Below, piece after piece: positions 42,132-53,090 of a stretch of DNA of 64,000 nt. The stretch's first letter is position 1; each line of letters opens with the position of its first letter. Origin of the DNA: Bigelowiella natans CCMP2755 (taxonomy: Eukaryota > Protista > Cercozoa); contig ADNK01000149.1 of NCBI GenBank assembly GCA_000320545.1, positions 186,001 through 250,000 of the forward strand, read 5' to 3'. The notes beneath the pieces were generated by a model. The model was given only the letters and a program-made list of their open reading frames with translations, searched no databases and was not told the DNA's origin. Both the position numbers and the translations under genes were made by a program.

Positions 42132-42777
42132 CTATATATAATTTATGGAGATTATACAGATGCAGGATATGTAATATTTGCATCTTTTAGTACCGTAGAT
42201 AAGCAAAGTACAAGGTTTATCATCCACTATAGTTCCACTTCGTCAATACTCTGCTGCTGTTATTTAAAAATTCGCGCTGATATCAATTCTGATCCTCAGC
42301 CACGGAAATATTGGCGTCGCAAGATATCTAGATCAGGTATTGTGTAAATATATTTTATATATAGAGAAAATAAATGTGCATTACAGTGTTTTTGTGTGTC
42401 TGTGTGTGCAACTGTTATATATTGAGTGCTGTTTTACGTTATATTTTTGTTGTGTTGTCAACAACCATACATCTGGTTATATCGTCAGATAATGGGCATG
42501 CACCACCACCATACGTTGGCTGGAGGAAGGTTGTTTAGCTTTTGTCTGCAAAGAGCACTCATCATCTTCTTGTTCTGCGAATTACAGTCCAACCTTCATC
42601 TTTGCTTCTGTCCATGCAACTTCTTCAAATCCGCGGAACTTATTGTGTACTCGTAGGTCGACCGCCAATCATGGAATTCCGCCGTCCAAAGGCTCGAATA
42701 AAGCTGCTGAAGATAATGCAGCGTCACCAAATCATCGAGTAGGAGTCGCAACAAAAAGTAGCAGCCCAAGTCTGTAA
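16481..42777 (+). CDS. Very large multi-exon protein: Clu (clustered-mitochondria-type) domain + helical/TPR-like segment + ankyrin repeats + C2 domain + long ankyrin array
   Basis: Clu motifs: NWDDEFQ..DFVETATLYGKIVILE (16920-17160), GGWAGGTKFIVRGIMFKLA (17230-17300), AAKSASHELKG (~17470), IDYCGFRV (~17905), TGGDVE (~18530), DATRTFP, FRLLRPELL, LHK|EGVNMRHLG. Roughly 20-25 ankyrin helices by eye (e.g. ENSLLHIAASRG, GFTPLHAAA, GRTALFMAA, GHTALHCA, GDTALMRAA). C2 exons at 29801-32393. Reading phase is traceable across most junctions. Confidence 0.75.
29801..32393 (+). other. C2 domain encoded across ~7 exons within the Clu-ankyrin gene
   Basis: Phase-consistent splicing gives FLAVEALEAKGLISR|FGKSSSLYLKFYIRQE|ATGRMTKLAKT…PFLVVQVWQRSLLGRNRAVAETA…IVGQMRLRIRF, which matches the C2 beta-strand pattern (LxVxVxxAxxL / PYVK / KT / LxVxVWD / GxLxLxIxF). 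Confidence 0.7.
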
Positions 42778-43508
42778 GTTCGACTGAATTTATTCTATCA
42801 GAAAGCGTTCATTTAATAACATCTCGTCCACCAACCTGCTTGCCATGGCTGGCAATCTTTGTGTTCATTAGCAAAATGCTCAGCGTTGTTGATTCTGTGC
42901 CAACTTTAAGCATTGGCATGCGTTCTCAGCAAAGCCAAATTTGTGTTCGCTGCCATCAATGAAGACACGCAACTACATGTGCATGTGTGTTTGCATGTGT
43001 GGCGCAAGCTAGCACAATGCGGAATTTCGATCATCATCTGAAATCATGATCATGCAAATGAAGCACGCAGGATGAAAGCAACTCTTGCACGTCCTGCATG
43101 CTCAGTGCAAAGCACAACAGCCGTACTAACATGGAGGTGTCTATCACAGTTGACGAATCGAAGTGTGTTGTGTGCGCATTACATGTGACTGCGATGTTTC
43201 GATGTGTGTGCATCACCTGCTGGGACGAATGTTTGGATTTGTCTATAGTTGTGCATGAGATCAGGAGATGCTCATCTAACACGCTCGTGATTGGAATGCA
43301 CATGCATGATGTTTCAAGTGTGCGGACATCTGGACAGAGACGTGAGGATCGATATGTGCAGCGCATGCTTGGCCCATCTTTTTGCTTACGAAAGTCCTTT
43401 GCGGTTGTCATTGATGCTAGCTAATCTAGTAATCATTGCCATCATTGTGCATGAATTGCATGCATCGGAAACATGCCTGCGCCGCATAATTCACTCGTTT
43501 TGATAAAA

Positions 43509-45171
43509 TCACTTCTTGTCAGATTTAGGAATTGATGGTGTGTCTGTAAAGTTTGCAGCTGCCACACGGAACAAAGAATGCCGATCATAGCGTTCCCAGA
43601 GCTTTCGCATTACGTAAACAAGCTTGATATTGTGTTCTTCTCGTTGGTCAACAGCTGCTTTCACAAGGGTGTTCCAGTTTTCTTCAGCATCTTTGTCCCC
43701 TTCTTTATCCACGGAGCTCGAATACTTTTGATGAAGAACTTGCAACGCCTTCTTCTCTGGAAGTCCTGGAATACCCAATGTGCTAAGGTAGGCGCTGCCA
43801 ACCGCCGTGACGAGGATAGCAGACCAGAAGCGAGCTATTGCATCGCGCTGATCCTCTTTTTTTAACTTCGAAACGATATGTTCAAGGCCCCATAGTCCAG
43901 TAAGAATATGTAAAACTACGAAATCTCCTGGACGCGCAAGGTAGAAAAGTGTGGCTCCATAGTATATCTGTTGCCATAGATCCTTGATTTTCAGGTTGTC
44001 AATCCATTGGGGTCTAGACTTGATGGCTGGGTTCTCTGATAGTCATGATAGTCATAAGAACGACTCACAAATGGGTCTAATATCATGCAGTGAGCAGAGT
44101 TCCATATGAAGTAGTAGATTACATGAAAGTATGCTTTTGTTGCTTGCTGTTAATACACACAGACACACACGCGTGCGCACGAATATGACATTTATGTACA
44201 GTATTCGCGCGCGCGTGTATGTTTTAGAAACCTGAGGCCTGTAGCTTAGCAACGTGATATTGTAGACCAGCCATGGCGATCTCGGAATGGAAGCCTTTCT
44301 CTGGGCTGAACTCTGGGCTATTTGCAACTTTCTTCGCCCAAACCTCCAACTTCTCTTTATCTTCGAGAAATTGTTCAAGTGAGTCCAGCACCCCCTTGTG
44401 GTTATTGTTCTCCCCTTTTGTATCAATATGAGTTGTGACGTATGTAAATGCCATGTAGGAGAGGCCTTCTATGATCATAGCTCGGTGGTATGCATCTATT
44501 GCCCATCCCAGATGGATCACACTAATTCAAGGATGGATTGCAAGTTTGTTGCGCAAAAAGGCAGCAACGCTTAGAGGGAGTGAGAACGAACGAAATTGAT
44601 AGGATAATAAATTATAATGGAGAACTAGACCCGTGTAGAAGTGCTCCACTGCTGCCCTGCATGAGGACCGGGCCGTAGGTCTGAAGAAGAATCTTAATTC
44701 CGAGCCGTTTTTCTTCTTGTTCAAAGAATTGCACGAAGTCCGGAAAGTGCGTTTTCTTTCCTAAGTAGGATTTCCAATTTTTGGAGTTTATTGCGCCGCA
44801 AGCTTTACGGGCTGGCTCGAGTTTCAAGCCGTATGGATTGTCTTCAACGTAATTTTTGTTCCAATCTTGGTTCACCTTTTAATATTAATGAACCAAACTT
44901 GTTTTGTGCGCATTAAAATTGAACGAAGCTAATTTATACATCGAGGGTGTGATGAAGGTGGCAATTATTAGTCAAAAACCTTCCCTGGAACTCCAAGGCC
45001 CTCCAAGGCAATCACAGCGTGCTTTTCATGATTTGTCAAATATTGGTTATATTCGATATGACGTGACTGCTCTCCCAGCATCTGGTCCACGACAGGTTCT
45101 CGGTTTCTAAAGATTAATCGTCGTACGCATGATGGTGGAAGTGAAGAAGAGGCTGACTTGTTGCCCGACAT
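43509..45171 (-). CDS. Questin oxidase-like / AflY-HypA family oxidoreductase (4 exons)
   Basis: Family His motifs are present in order: LTNHEKHAVIAL, SSGALLHG|VIHLGWAID..IEGLSY, GDFVVLHILTG and EEHNIKLV. ATG at 45171, stop at 43509. Confidence 0.85.
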
Positions 45172-45569
45172 TGGATTATAACGGAATGAAGGTCGATGAT
45201 AACCTCCACTACGAGCGTAGCTAAACGACCAGCAGAATGCGATAATACCTTGCAAGTTCCCCCATCATTCTTCTCGCCTCCTCTTTTTCAAGGGGGGGTG
45301 CTTGTAGGTTCCGGACGAAGAAATGTGGGAAAATGGGGCCGAATTGATATTGCGCGTCAAGGACGAAATGAGGCAGATGTATTGTTGGAGCACGATTGTC
45401 GGGAGAATTTCCATGTTAATGCATACTCGTAGACTGAAAATTACGGACAATCATTGACCGCTACTGCCCGGATTTCCTGATTTCCGGAGAAAAGGGTCAT
45501 GTTGCACTTCAAAATACCATAAGTACATGTGATCCACAGGTACATCGTACGAGGGTGAAAAAAAAAAAC

Positions 45570-45752
45570 ATGGCTAGACGGCTAGATGGACAGCTAGACA
45601 GGTCGTTCAACCTCGTTGACGAAATCAGAAACAGTGGGACAATGTCTGACGTCTTCGAAGCAGCATGTGACAACGACCTTCCTCATCTCAAGCGTTTGAT
45701 TGAGCAAAAGGCAAATGTCGAGGCGAAGGAACGTGGGGCCATGCGCCGTTGA
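45570..45752 (+). pseudogene. Single ankyrin-repeat mini-ORF (truncated gene, first exon only, or micro-protein)
   Basis: SDVFEAACDNDLPHLKRLIEQKANVEAKE is one ankyrin repeat. It is followed by a stop, and no downstream exons are recognisable before the convergent gene at 46091. Confidence 0.5.
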
Positions 45753-46090
45753 ATTGAGGTTCTCGTTTTGGTCATCTGGACATGGAGACATGGCATCAAC
45801 AACTAGTGCAATCGAAATGACTTGTGCACGTTGTGCGCACGCTTGGGACTACACTAGCTACAGCTAGTACAGCTAGAAAGGTCATGGGCATTGATCAGCG
45901 CAATCTAGCAATGCCAATGCAGCTGCACCTGATCTGTCAATTGCTTTTCATTCAGCTGCATGCACACACGTGAGCATTCTAGCTGCATATTGTGCGCTAC
46001 ATGCATGCGAACTGTGTGTGCTACAATGATGCAGATGCCCTGGTAAAGACCTGTCGTCATGCAGTCAGGCGCTCGTTGTATCATAGTGCT

Positions 46091-48330
46091 TTAAATTTTA
46101 TATGAGTCTCCCTTTTCTATACTGTGTTGAAGCTCCTTCGTCCGTGACTTGTTGACCATGTCTGAAGGCTCAGGAGGGGTTGGTTTCACTGAACTTCTAT
46201 TTTTTACAGTGTTCTTATCAACAGCCATTGTAGAGTTCATTTCCAATTTGCTCTCCTGCGAGAGAAACTTTGGCATAGAGACGGTCAGATTACTTATTTC
46301 TTTACGCTGAGGTTGATGTTGCACTTCTATTTTACTGTCTCGTTTTTCAATAGCTGCCGGGATGTTGAGTACAGGCGATTGCGCATCATTTGGCGATCCT
46401 GTGGTGCTTGGGGGAGAGCTCATTACTAACTTGCTTTCCTGTGAGAGAAACTTTGGCATAGAGTGTGTGTCGTTCCTGCTCTCCTGTTGCTGAGCTGGAT
46501 TTGGTACATCCTCTTCTGTGTCACTATCTCCAGGAATCTCCGGATTTTCGATCGCTGATGCTTGTGTACTATTTGGCGATTCTATGGTGCTTGGTGAAGA
46601 GCTCATTTCTAACTTGCTTTCCTGTGAGAGAAACTTTGGCATAGAGTGTGTGTCGTTCCTGCTCTCCTGTTGCTGAGCTGGATCTGGCAAATTCTCTTCT
46701 TTCATTTTTTCTTCAGAAATCTCCGGATTTTCAATCGCTGGTGCTTGTGCACTATTTGGCGATTCTATGGTGCTTGGTGAAGAGCTCATTTCTAACTTGC
46801 TTTCCTGTGAGAGAAACTTTGGCATAGAGTGTGTGTCGTTCCTGCTCTCCTGTTGCTGAGCTGGATCTGGCAAATTCTCTTCTTTCATTTTTTCTTCAGA
46901 AATCTCCGGATTTTCAATCGCTGATGCTTGTGCACTATTTGGCGATTCTATGGTGCTTGGTGAAGAGCTCATTTCTAACTTGCCTTCCTGTGAGAGAAAC
47001 TTTGGCATAGAGTGTGTGTCGTTCCTGCTCTCCTGTTGCTGAGCTGGATCTGGCAAATTCTCTTCTTTCATTTTTTCTTCAGAAATCTCTGGACTTTCGA
47101 GTACGGCTGATAATTGTGTAGCTTGGGTATTATTCAATTGACTCTTGGATGGTAAGGTATTTTGCAGCTTGCTCTCTTGAGAGAGCAGCTTTGGTGCAGT
47201 GGAATTGATACTGTTTTGCGCTTCGTTGTCCTGGGCAAAAGTGCGCTTGAGCTCCGATTGTGTGCTGAGAAATAAGTCTGTATCCTCACCTGTAAGTAGC
47301 CTTGGAGCAGAAGGAGGCATGGGGGCGGATGCAGTCATCGTAGAATTCGCAGATTTTGCGGTGTTCAGATTGATTTCAGTAACTCTAAGCTTCTCTTGTA
47401 GGAATCTGTTTGATTTCTTTTCCTGTTGTAGTTGAGCTTTTAAACGTTTCAACTCTGCCTTAAACTCATTCTTCATATGCTCTTTCTCGGTTGTGGCTGC
47501 AGCCTTCTTCTTTTCCCATTGCTCCTTTGCCATATCGAGCGCCTCCTTCTCACTATGAAGGGCCGCCCTCTCGCCATTCAGCTTCTCTTTTGCGTTTATG
47601 AGTTTGAAGGTATTATTTCTTTCTGTTAGTATCTTCTCTTGTTGATCCTTAGAGGTCTTGCAAAGTATGAGATACTTGCTTTCCAATTTCAACAGTTTGT
47701 CCTTCAAGCTCCTCAGCTGCTGCCGTGCTGAATCGCGTTCAGACTGGGTTCTTTTTTGAGCCTCGAAGCCAAGTACTGCAATGTCATCCTTTCTTGCCTG
47801 CTGCTCTTGAAGCCACAATTTTCTATACTTCTCAATCTCCGATAAAATCCTCAACCTTCCCTGTTGTAGTTACAGTCTCTCAGAATTCATTTTTAGCTAT
47901 TTTCATACATTAAGAAAAAATCACCGCTTCCTTCTTAGCCTTCTCGTTCTCGACTTTAATATTTGCAACAATCTGCAAGTTGTTGTCAAGTTTCCGCTGA
48001 AGATCTTTAACGTGATCACCCAACTTACGTAAAACTTGATTGTTGCGGCCGGTCATATCATGTATCTAAAGTTAAATGTGATTGTTGTCAGGTTAAAATT
48101 TAGCGGCATCTGATATGCCATCGTACCATATCTTTTAACTTGTGAAAACGCTTATTGCGGTCCACTTCACGGAATAGACTGGACGGAGCAGCAAGCCCAC
48201 GACCGCGCCGTAGTCTAGAACATATTACTTCGACTCCCTGAATAAGCTCTTCGCCGAGATCCTCTTTGTGGAGCCTCTCAAAGAAACGTGTGCGATCCAC
48301 GGTTTCCTCCCCATCAAAAATGTCAGCCAT
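46091..48330 (-). CDS. Coiled-coil protein with C-terminal 61-aa tandem repeats (3 exons), function unknown
   Basis: Exons ~48330-48126, ~48066-47924 and ~47861-46091 are joined by GT-AG introns. The N-terminal half is E/K/L/Q heptad-rich and the C-terminal half is a disordered acidic repeat region. Confidence 0.8.
46240..47200 (-). repeat. Coding tandem repeat, 183-bp unit, about 4 near-identical plus 2 degenerate copies
   Basis: The anchor gtgagagaaactttggcatagag recurs at 46441, 46624, 46807 and 46990 (exact 183-bp spacing), with degenerate copies near 46258 and ~47176. Confidence 0.95.
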
Positions 48331-48854
48331 TCTGAAAGGCAGCGAGCTCTTACTTCTCCTTCTTCTTCCAAAGTGGCGAACTTCTCAACCCCTTAACAAT
48401 CCTTCCCTTCGTGATCTCATTATTGCTATCTGGTTGAAGTGACAATCGCCGTGTTGTAATTTTAAACGTTCCAGCTCGGATAAGGGAGGAGAAAAATGAA
48501 GAAAAAGGCATGAAATTTACCTTTGCGTCATAATTCTTCTACTGACGCAGAAAATGATATCAGAAGGACTCTTGGACATCCTTTTGCCAAAAATTCGCCG
48601 AGCACTCTGTTGTAGGGTCAGATAGCAAGGAGGTTTCGTCCTCGCGACATCATTACTGAAACTATCCGTTTTTTTTCAATGGAGAAATTCCGGCTAGGAT
48701 TTTAGGCCCTTATCGTAAAAACTAGAAAAAAACAATATCTTTGGATGTCGTAGATACAAATTGGGAATACATTTGCCTAAATGACTAATCTTACCGCACG
48801 CTCATCGGTCTTAATAGCCTGGCAAGACCAACGGTTGTCCGACTCATCAAACCA

Positions 48855-51128
48855 ATGTGGCGGCGCTTCCCGATTGGACAGATCCCCACCTCCTCACGGC
48901 CGAGGAATGCCAGAAGGAACAGTCTAGGTAGAAAGAATAAGTGTACTAGGGCATGGAATCAGGAATAGAGAAGTCAAGATAAGGGAAGAGTTTGTTGAAA
49001 TTCTTAAACACAACTCACACACTCACTCACTTGCGCACTCGCACGTACATGTATGTACGCGCTCCCAGGAAATAGAGAGGGATTTTGTGTATAATTATGT
49101 GGAGGGGGGATAGGGTATTTGTATGAATTTGTTATTCAGAACTACAGGGAGAAATTCCCAAATCTTTATACACACGTAAATATATACCTGTAGAGAGCTT
49201 GTCCTCTCCTAGGACGTCTCCCTCAAAAACTAGACGCTCGTCGCCGAGACTTCGGGACAAGACGAAGAAGTCCATCCAGGTTGCAAATGCAAACACTTGT
49301 GCAGACTACTCCCTGACACACGTAATTATAATAAATACAACCTACTCCATCCATCAAAGGTCATCTCCTCGAAAAGAATCGTAAAGGAGACATCCAATGC
49401 CGCTGCAACGAGAAACACTGCTACTACCACTACCAGCTCTACCTCCGTCAGAAGATCGCCACGCCTAGGAAAGAAGCGTAAGAGAGCCTCAAATGCCACT
49501 ACTGCTGCTGCACCTGCTGCCTCCTCTCATTCTGCAGAGCTCTCAACTTCCAGCACAATTTCTTCTTTCGCTACAACTTCTAATACTCTTGCCGAGAGTC
49601 CAGACTCATCCCAGTCCCATAAAAGTAAGCGGGCCCGCAGAACACCATCTCCATCGTCGCTCTCTTCTCTCTCTAGAGACGAGAAGGGAGTGGGGGGTGC
49701 AGAAAGAGATGGATTGATGCGAACTCCATCTCCAACAGCAGCAACAGGCAGGAAAAGTTCTTCTTCTTCGAAGAAAAAACAGAAAGAGGAAAGTAGTAAG
49801 ACCGATTTCAAGGGCAAGAAACAAACTGTCCGGGTGATATATTATATATGACAACCACGCCACTTTTTAATATTGAGAAAAGGGCCTCCGCAGCCTCCGC
49901 ACAACTCGCACACACACCACACACACATAAACACATTAACATTCGGCCACTTTACGTACCTTTACGTACAATATGAAGTGCGCTGTTACCACGGTGGTTT
50001 TAGTGTTGCTAGCATCTTCTGGTGTCTGCTTACATCCTCGCCGTTCCTTCAGCTATGCTGTTTCTTTCTTCTCCCCCTTCTTCTTCCTTCTTCTCCACTC
50101 CTCCCCTCCCTCCTCCTCCTCCTCCTCTTCCTCCTCCTCCTCCTCCTCCTCCTTCTCACAATTAATCGTATCATAATATTGTAGGGAATCCTAAAGACTC
50201 CGGGTACGCCCAGAAGAAAGAAGCGGAATCTCCTTTTCTCCCCTAAACTAGAGGAAGTGCGAAAACAACACTATCAAGAATTTTCGTAATAATTAGAATA
50301 AAGTCAGGGATAAAATTTTAAAAGCGCAGATGATTTGGAACGTAAAGCTGAAATAGGCGCGAAAAATCTACGCGTTGGATACTAATATCATATCAAATAT
50401 ATGTATATATATATATATATATATAAGTATGTTGTGTATAATACAACAATAGCAGTTTTAGAAACCTTTTACAACGCGACCTAAAGCGATGAGATTTATA
50501 TTTTTTCGTTGTTTTCCGATGCGAATTATGCCCTGTTGGTCGTGCCGCTGAGTGGAACTGTTTCTTTAACATGAACGTGTTACGATTCCAATCGGAATAC
50601 TTACGTGTTTTTTTCCATTCATACAGTATGGCGAGACGTATTCAAAGTACGATTATGATCGATCGATGGTAATGACGAGGAAGAATATTATAATGATGAC
50701 TATGATAAATCTATGAAATTACTCTCTAGATAGGGGGAAAATTGTTTTGAATATGTGCGCACACTCGCTCGTCACGTACTATATTCTATTACCTACGCTT
50801 GACGTTGAGCACACAAAAAAATAATGGTATACTATGTGCATATTCACATGTATCTGTATTAGTATTTAAATGTTTTATGAGTTTGAATCCGGTGATCAGA
50901 TCGATATCTTGCGAATTATGTGCGACATGTGCGGAATGCCGCTCGGGGGCCAAGGCCGCATGACATGTCCTGTAAAGGTATGATCAGGTTGTGTGTCAAA
51001 TACGTTTGGTTTTTAGTACTACTGTCTGTCATCTTAATCTGTATCTTATGTGTGTGTGTGTGTGTGTGTGTGTGTTATCTGATTCCGATCGTGTCATTCT
51101 TGAGATTCCTCTTCTGTGCTATCACTAC

Positions 51129-51167
<39 letters not shown>

Positions 51168-51432
51168 CAGGGGTGTGACTTCGATGTGTGCTTTGGATGC
51201 TACTGCCCCGCACTAGTGAAAGTTCACAAGGTGGAGTCCGTAGCAGCAGTACACAGATGATGATGCACACAAAGTCATATTATCCCATGCTTCTCGACGT
51301 AGTAGAAGAACGCACGTGGTGGTGTTGGACAACATCATTACTTTTTGTTCTTTTTTCGGTTCTACTTGCAGAGGGACTATCATCGGAACCGCAAACGGCT
51401 CAAGTTCGCAACGTCTGTCCAATAGATCGCAT

Positions 51433-51463
<31 letters not shown>

Positions 51464-51607
51464 GGGGGGGGGGGGGGCAGGAAAGGGATAGGGTGTGTCA
51501 GGTGTGCAGAGCGACAGGGCTTTATAGGAAGAGAGAGAAAAGGAGGGGGGAGGGAGAGATTCGATAATAACATGTATCTTTGTTTGTCTTTTAGGGTTGA
51601 CGAGTAG
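48855..51607 (+). CDS. Putative PP1 regulatory subunit: basic S/T-P-rich disordered region + SILK/RVxF/neurabin-type motif + ZZ-type zinc finger
   Basis: Spliced product …GILKTPGTPRRKKRNLLFSPKLEE|YGETYSKYDYDRSM|IDILRIMCDMCGMPLGGQGRMTCPVK|GCDFDVCFGCYCPALVKVHK|RDYHRNRKRLKFAT|VDE*. These junctions are phase-consistent GT-AG. The start codon is uncertain. Confidence 0.75.
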
Positions 51608-51739
51608 ATGCTTTGGCAACTTATCTGGACGATCCAAGAATGAAATGTTACATTTATGAAGCCGGCGGTGGAATGAGATGTAACAACGATCTTGAATAGG
51701 GAATTAATGTTTTTTGGTGCGGAAAATCAAGTGTTCCGT

Positions 51740-52440
51740 GCTAGTATGGACGATTTGTGGATGCTTGCTAGCTTGCAATCGTATTGAGCTGGGCTGCTCT
51801 CCAGCTAGCCAGCTGCACGTGCGCTAGATGTACACACATAATCTTTCCAGCACTTGAGCTGCTGCACTGTTATTGGCGCATCGCAAAATGGCAGGATCGA
51901 TCGCGATGAGCGCTAGCGCGTGCTGACTACTGCTGTTGTGTGCGAATCGCATGCACCGCAACAACACATGACAATTGTTATTAGCACACGTGTCGTGACC
52001 TGTTTGGTGCATGCTAGCATGTGTGGACATGAAAAGAGCACACGTGCCTTTTTAGTGCACATGCTAGCATGAAGAATGGGCATGTGCATGTGTTTTTACG
52101 CGCTAGCGCGCCTACACGCACGTAGCTAGATAGCTAGCTAGCTAGGGACTTATGAGTCCATGTGAGCACACAAACAACTAGATCATGCAAGCTAGCAAGC
52201 AACATGTCTAGCTAGCGCGCTAGATGTGATGATGAAAGTCAAAGTGATCGCGTACGTGCTAGCGTGGCATGCTATGATCAAGCCAAGCGCATATCTAGAT
52301 ATGCTAGCTAGCTAGCTAGCATGACATTCAACAATCTAGCTAGCTAGCAATCTAGCAATGTCATTATCGTCAAGTATTATATATAGAGAAGCAAGCTAAC
52401 ATGATGACAGCAAACAATTTAGTCTAGCGTTCGCAGGAAC
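51740..52440. other. Palindrome-dense (GCTAGC/CATG/TGCA) intergenic island between convergent 3' ends
   Basis: Perfect palindromes cgcgctagcgcg (52099-52110), gcatatctagatatgc (52289-52304) and atgctagctagctagctagcat (52301-52322), plus catgctagcatg twice. Confidence 0.8.
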
Positions 52441-52525
52441 GCAATCATTATCAGAGAGCTTTATATTGGTGCTCACTACCCTTTTAAAAAAAAATCAAAA
52501 ATCATTGGATAATGTTGAAGAAGGA

Positions 52526-53059
52526 TCACTTCCGGCTATGGTTGGACGGGCTGCCGATGCCCCGCCTGGGCGTACGTATAGCATGCCTTGGGGTCGCTGC
52601 AGCAGACACTGTGAAACCTGTAGATGATGGTGACGATGAAGATGGTGATGATGAACGATATGCAAGTTGCTTGTGTGTGTTTTTGAAAATCCAAGAATAA
52701 TGAGACGAAAACCGAATGCTGCTACGTCCGGGCAGAGGGCATGAGAACCTTCCTGTGTGTTGTTTCTTCTGGTGTGAGAAGCAGAGACGAGGTACTCGTT
52801 GTTGGAATGGCCGGTTTCAGTTACGATCCCTGATAAAGTTAACCAGAGAGGAAGGGGGGAGGAGAGAAAAGGATGGCAAAATGGAGGGTGAAGAACAACA
52901 CTTGCCTGAACACCCCTTCCGTGAATGTGGAGAATTCATTGTCATGTTGTATAAGGGTGCTACTACTACCGCTTGAGATAACTGTTGAAAGATCAGGTCT
53001 CCAGTCCTGCATCATTAGTTGATTGATTGATGGATGGATTTGATGATGTAGACCACAGC

Positions 53060-53090
<31 letters not shown>

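Noticed and set aside
42850-43500. ORFs 43034-43411, 43098-43424 and similar Cys/His/Met-rich ORFs in 3' islands (e.g. 9453-9716, 51824-52030)
   Set aside because: The amino-acid bias follows from TGCA/CATG-rich DNA. No domain motifs or splice structure.
46240-47200. 183-bp repeats as a CRISPR array or satellite
   Set aside because: No unique spacers, the unit is a multiple of three inside an open coding exon, and the context is eukaryotic.
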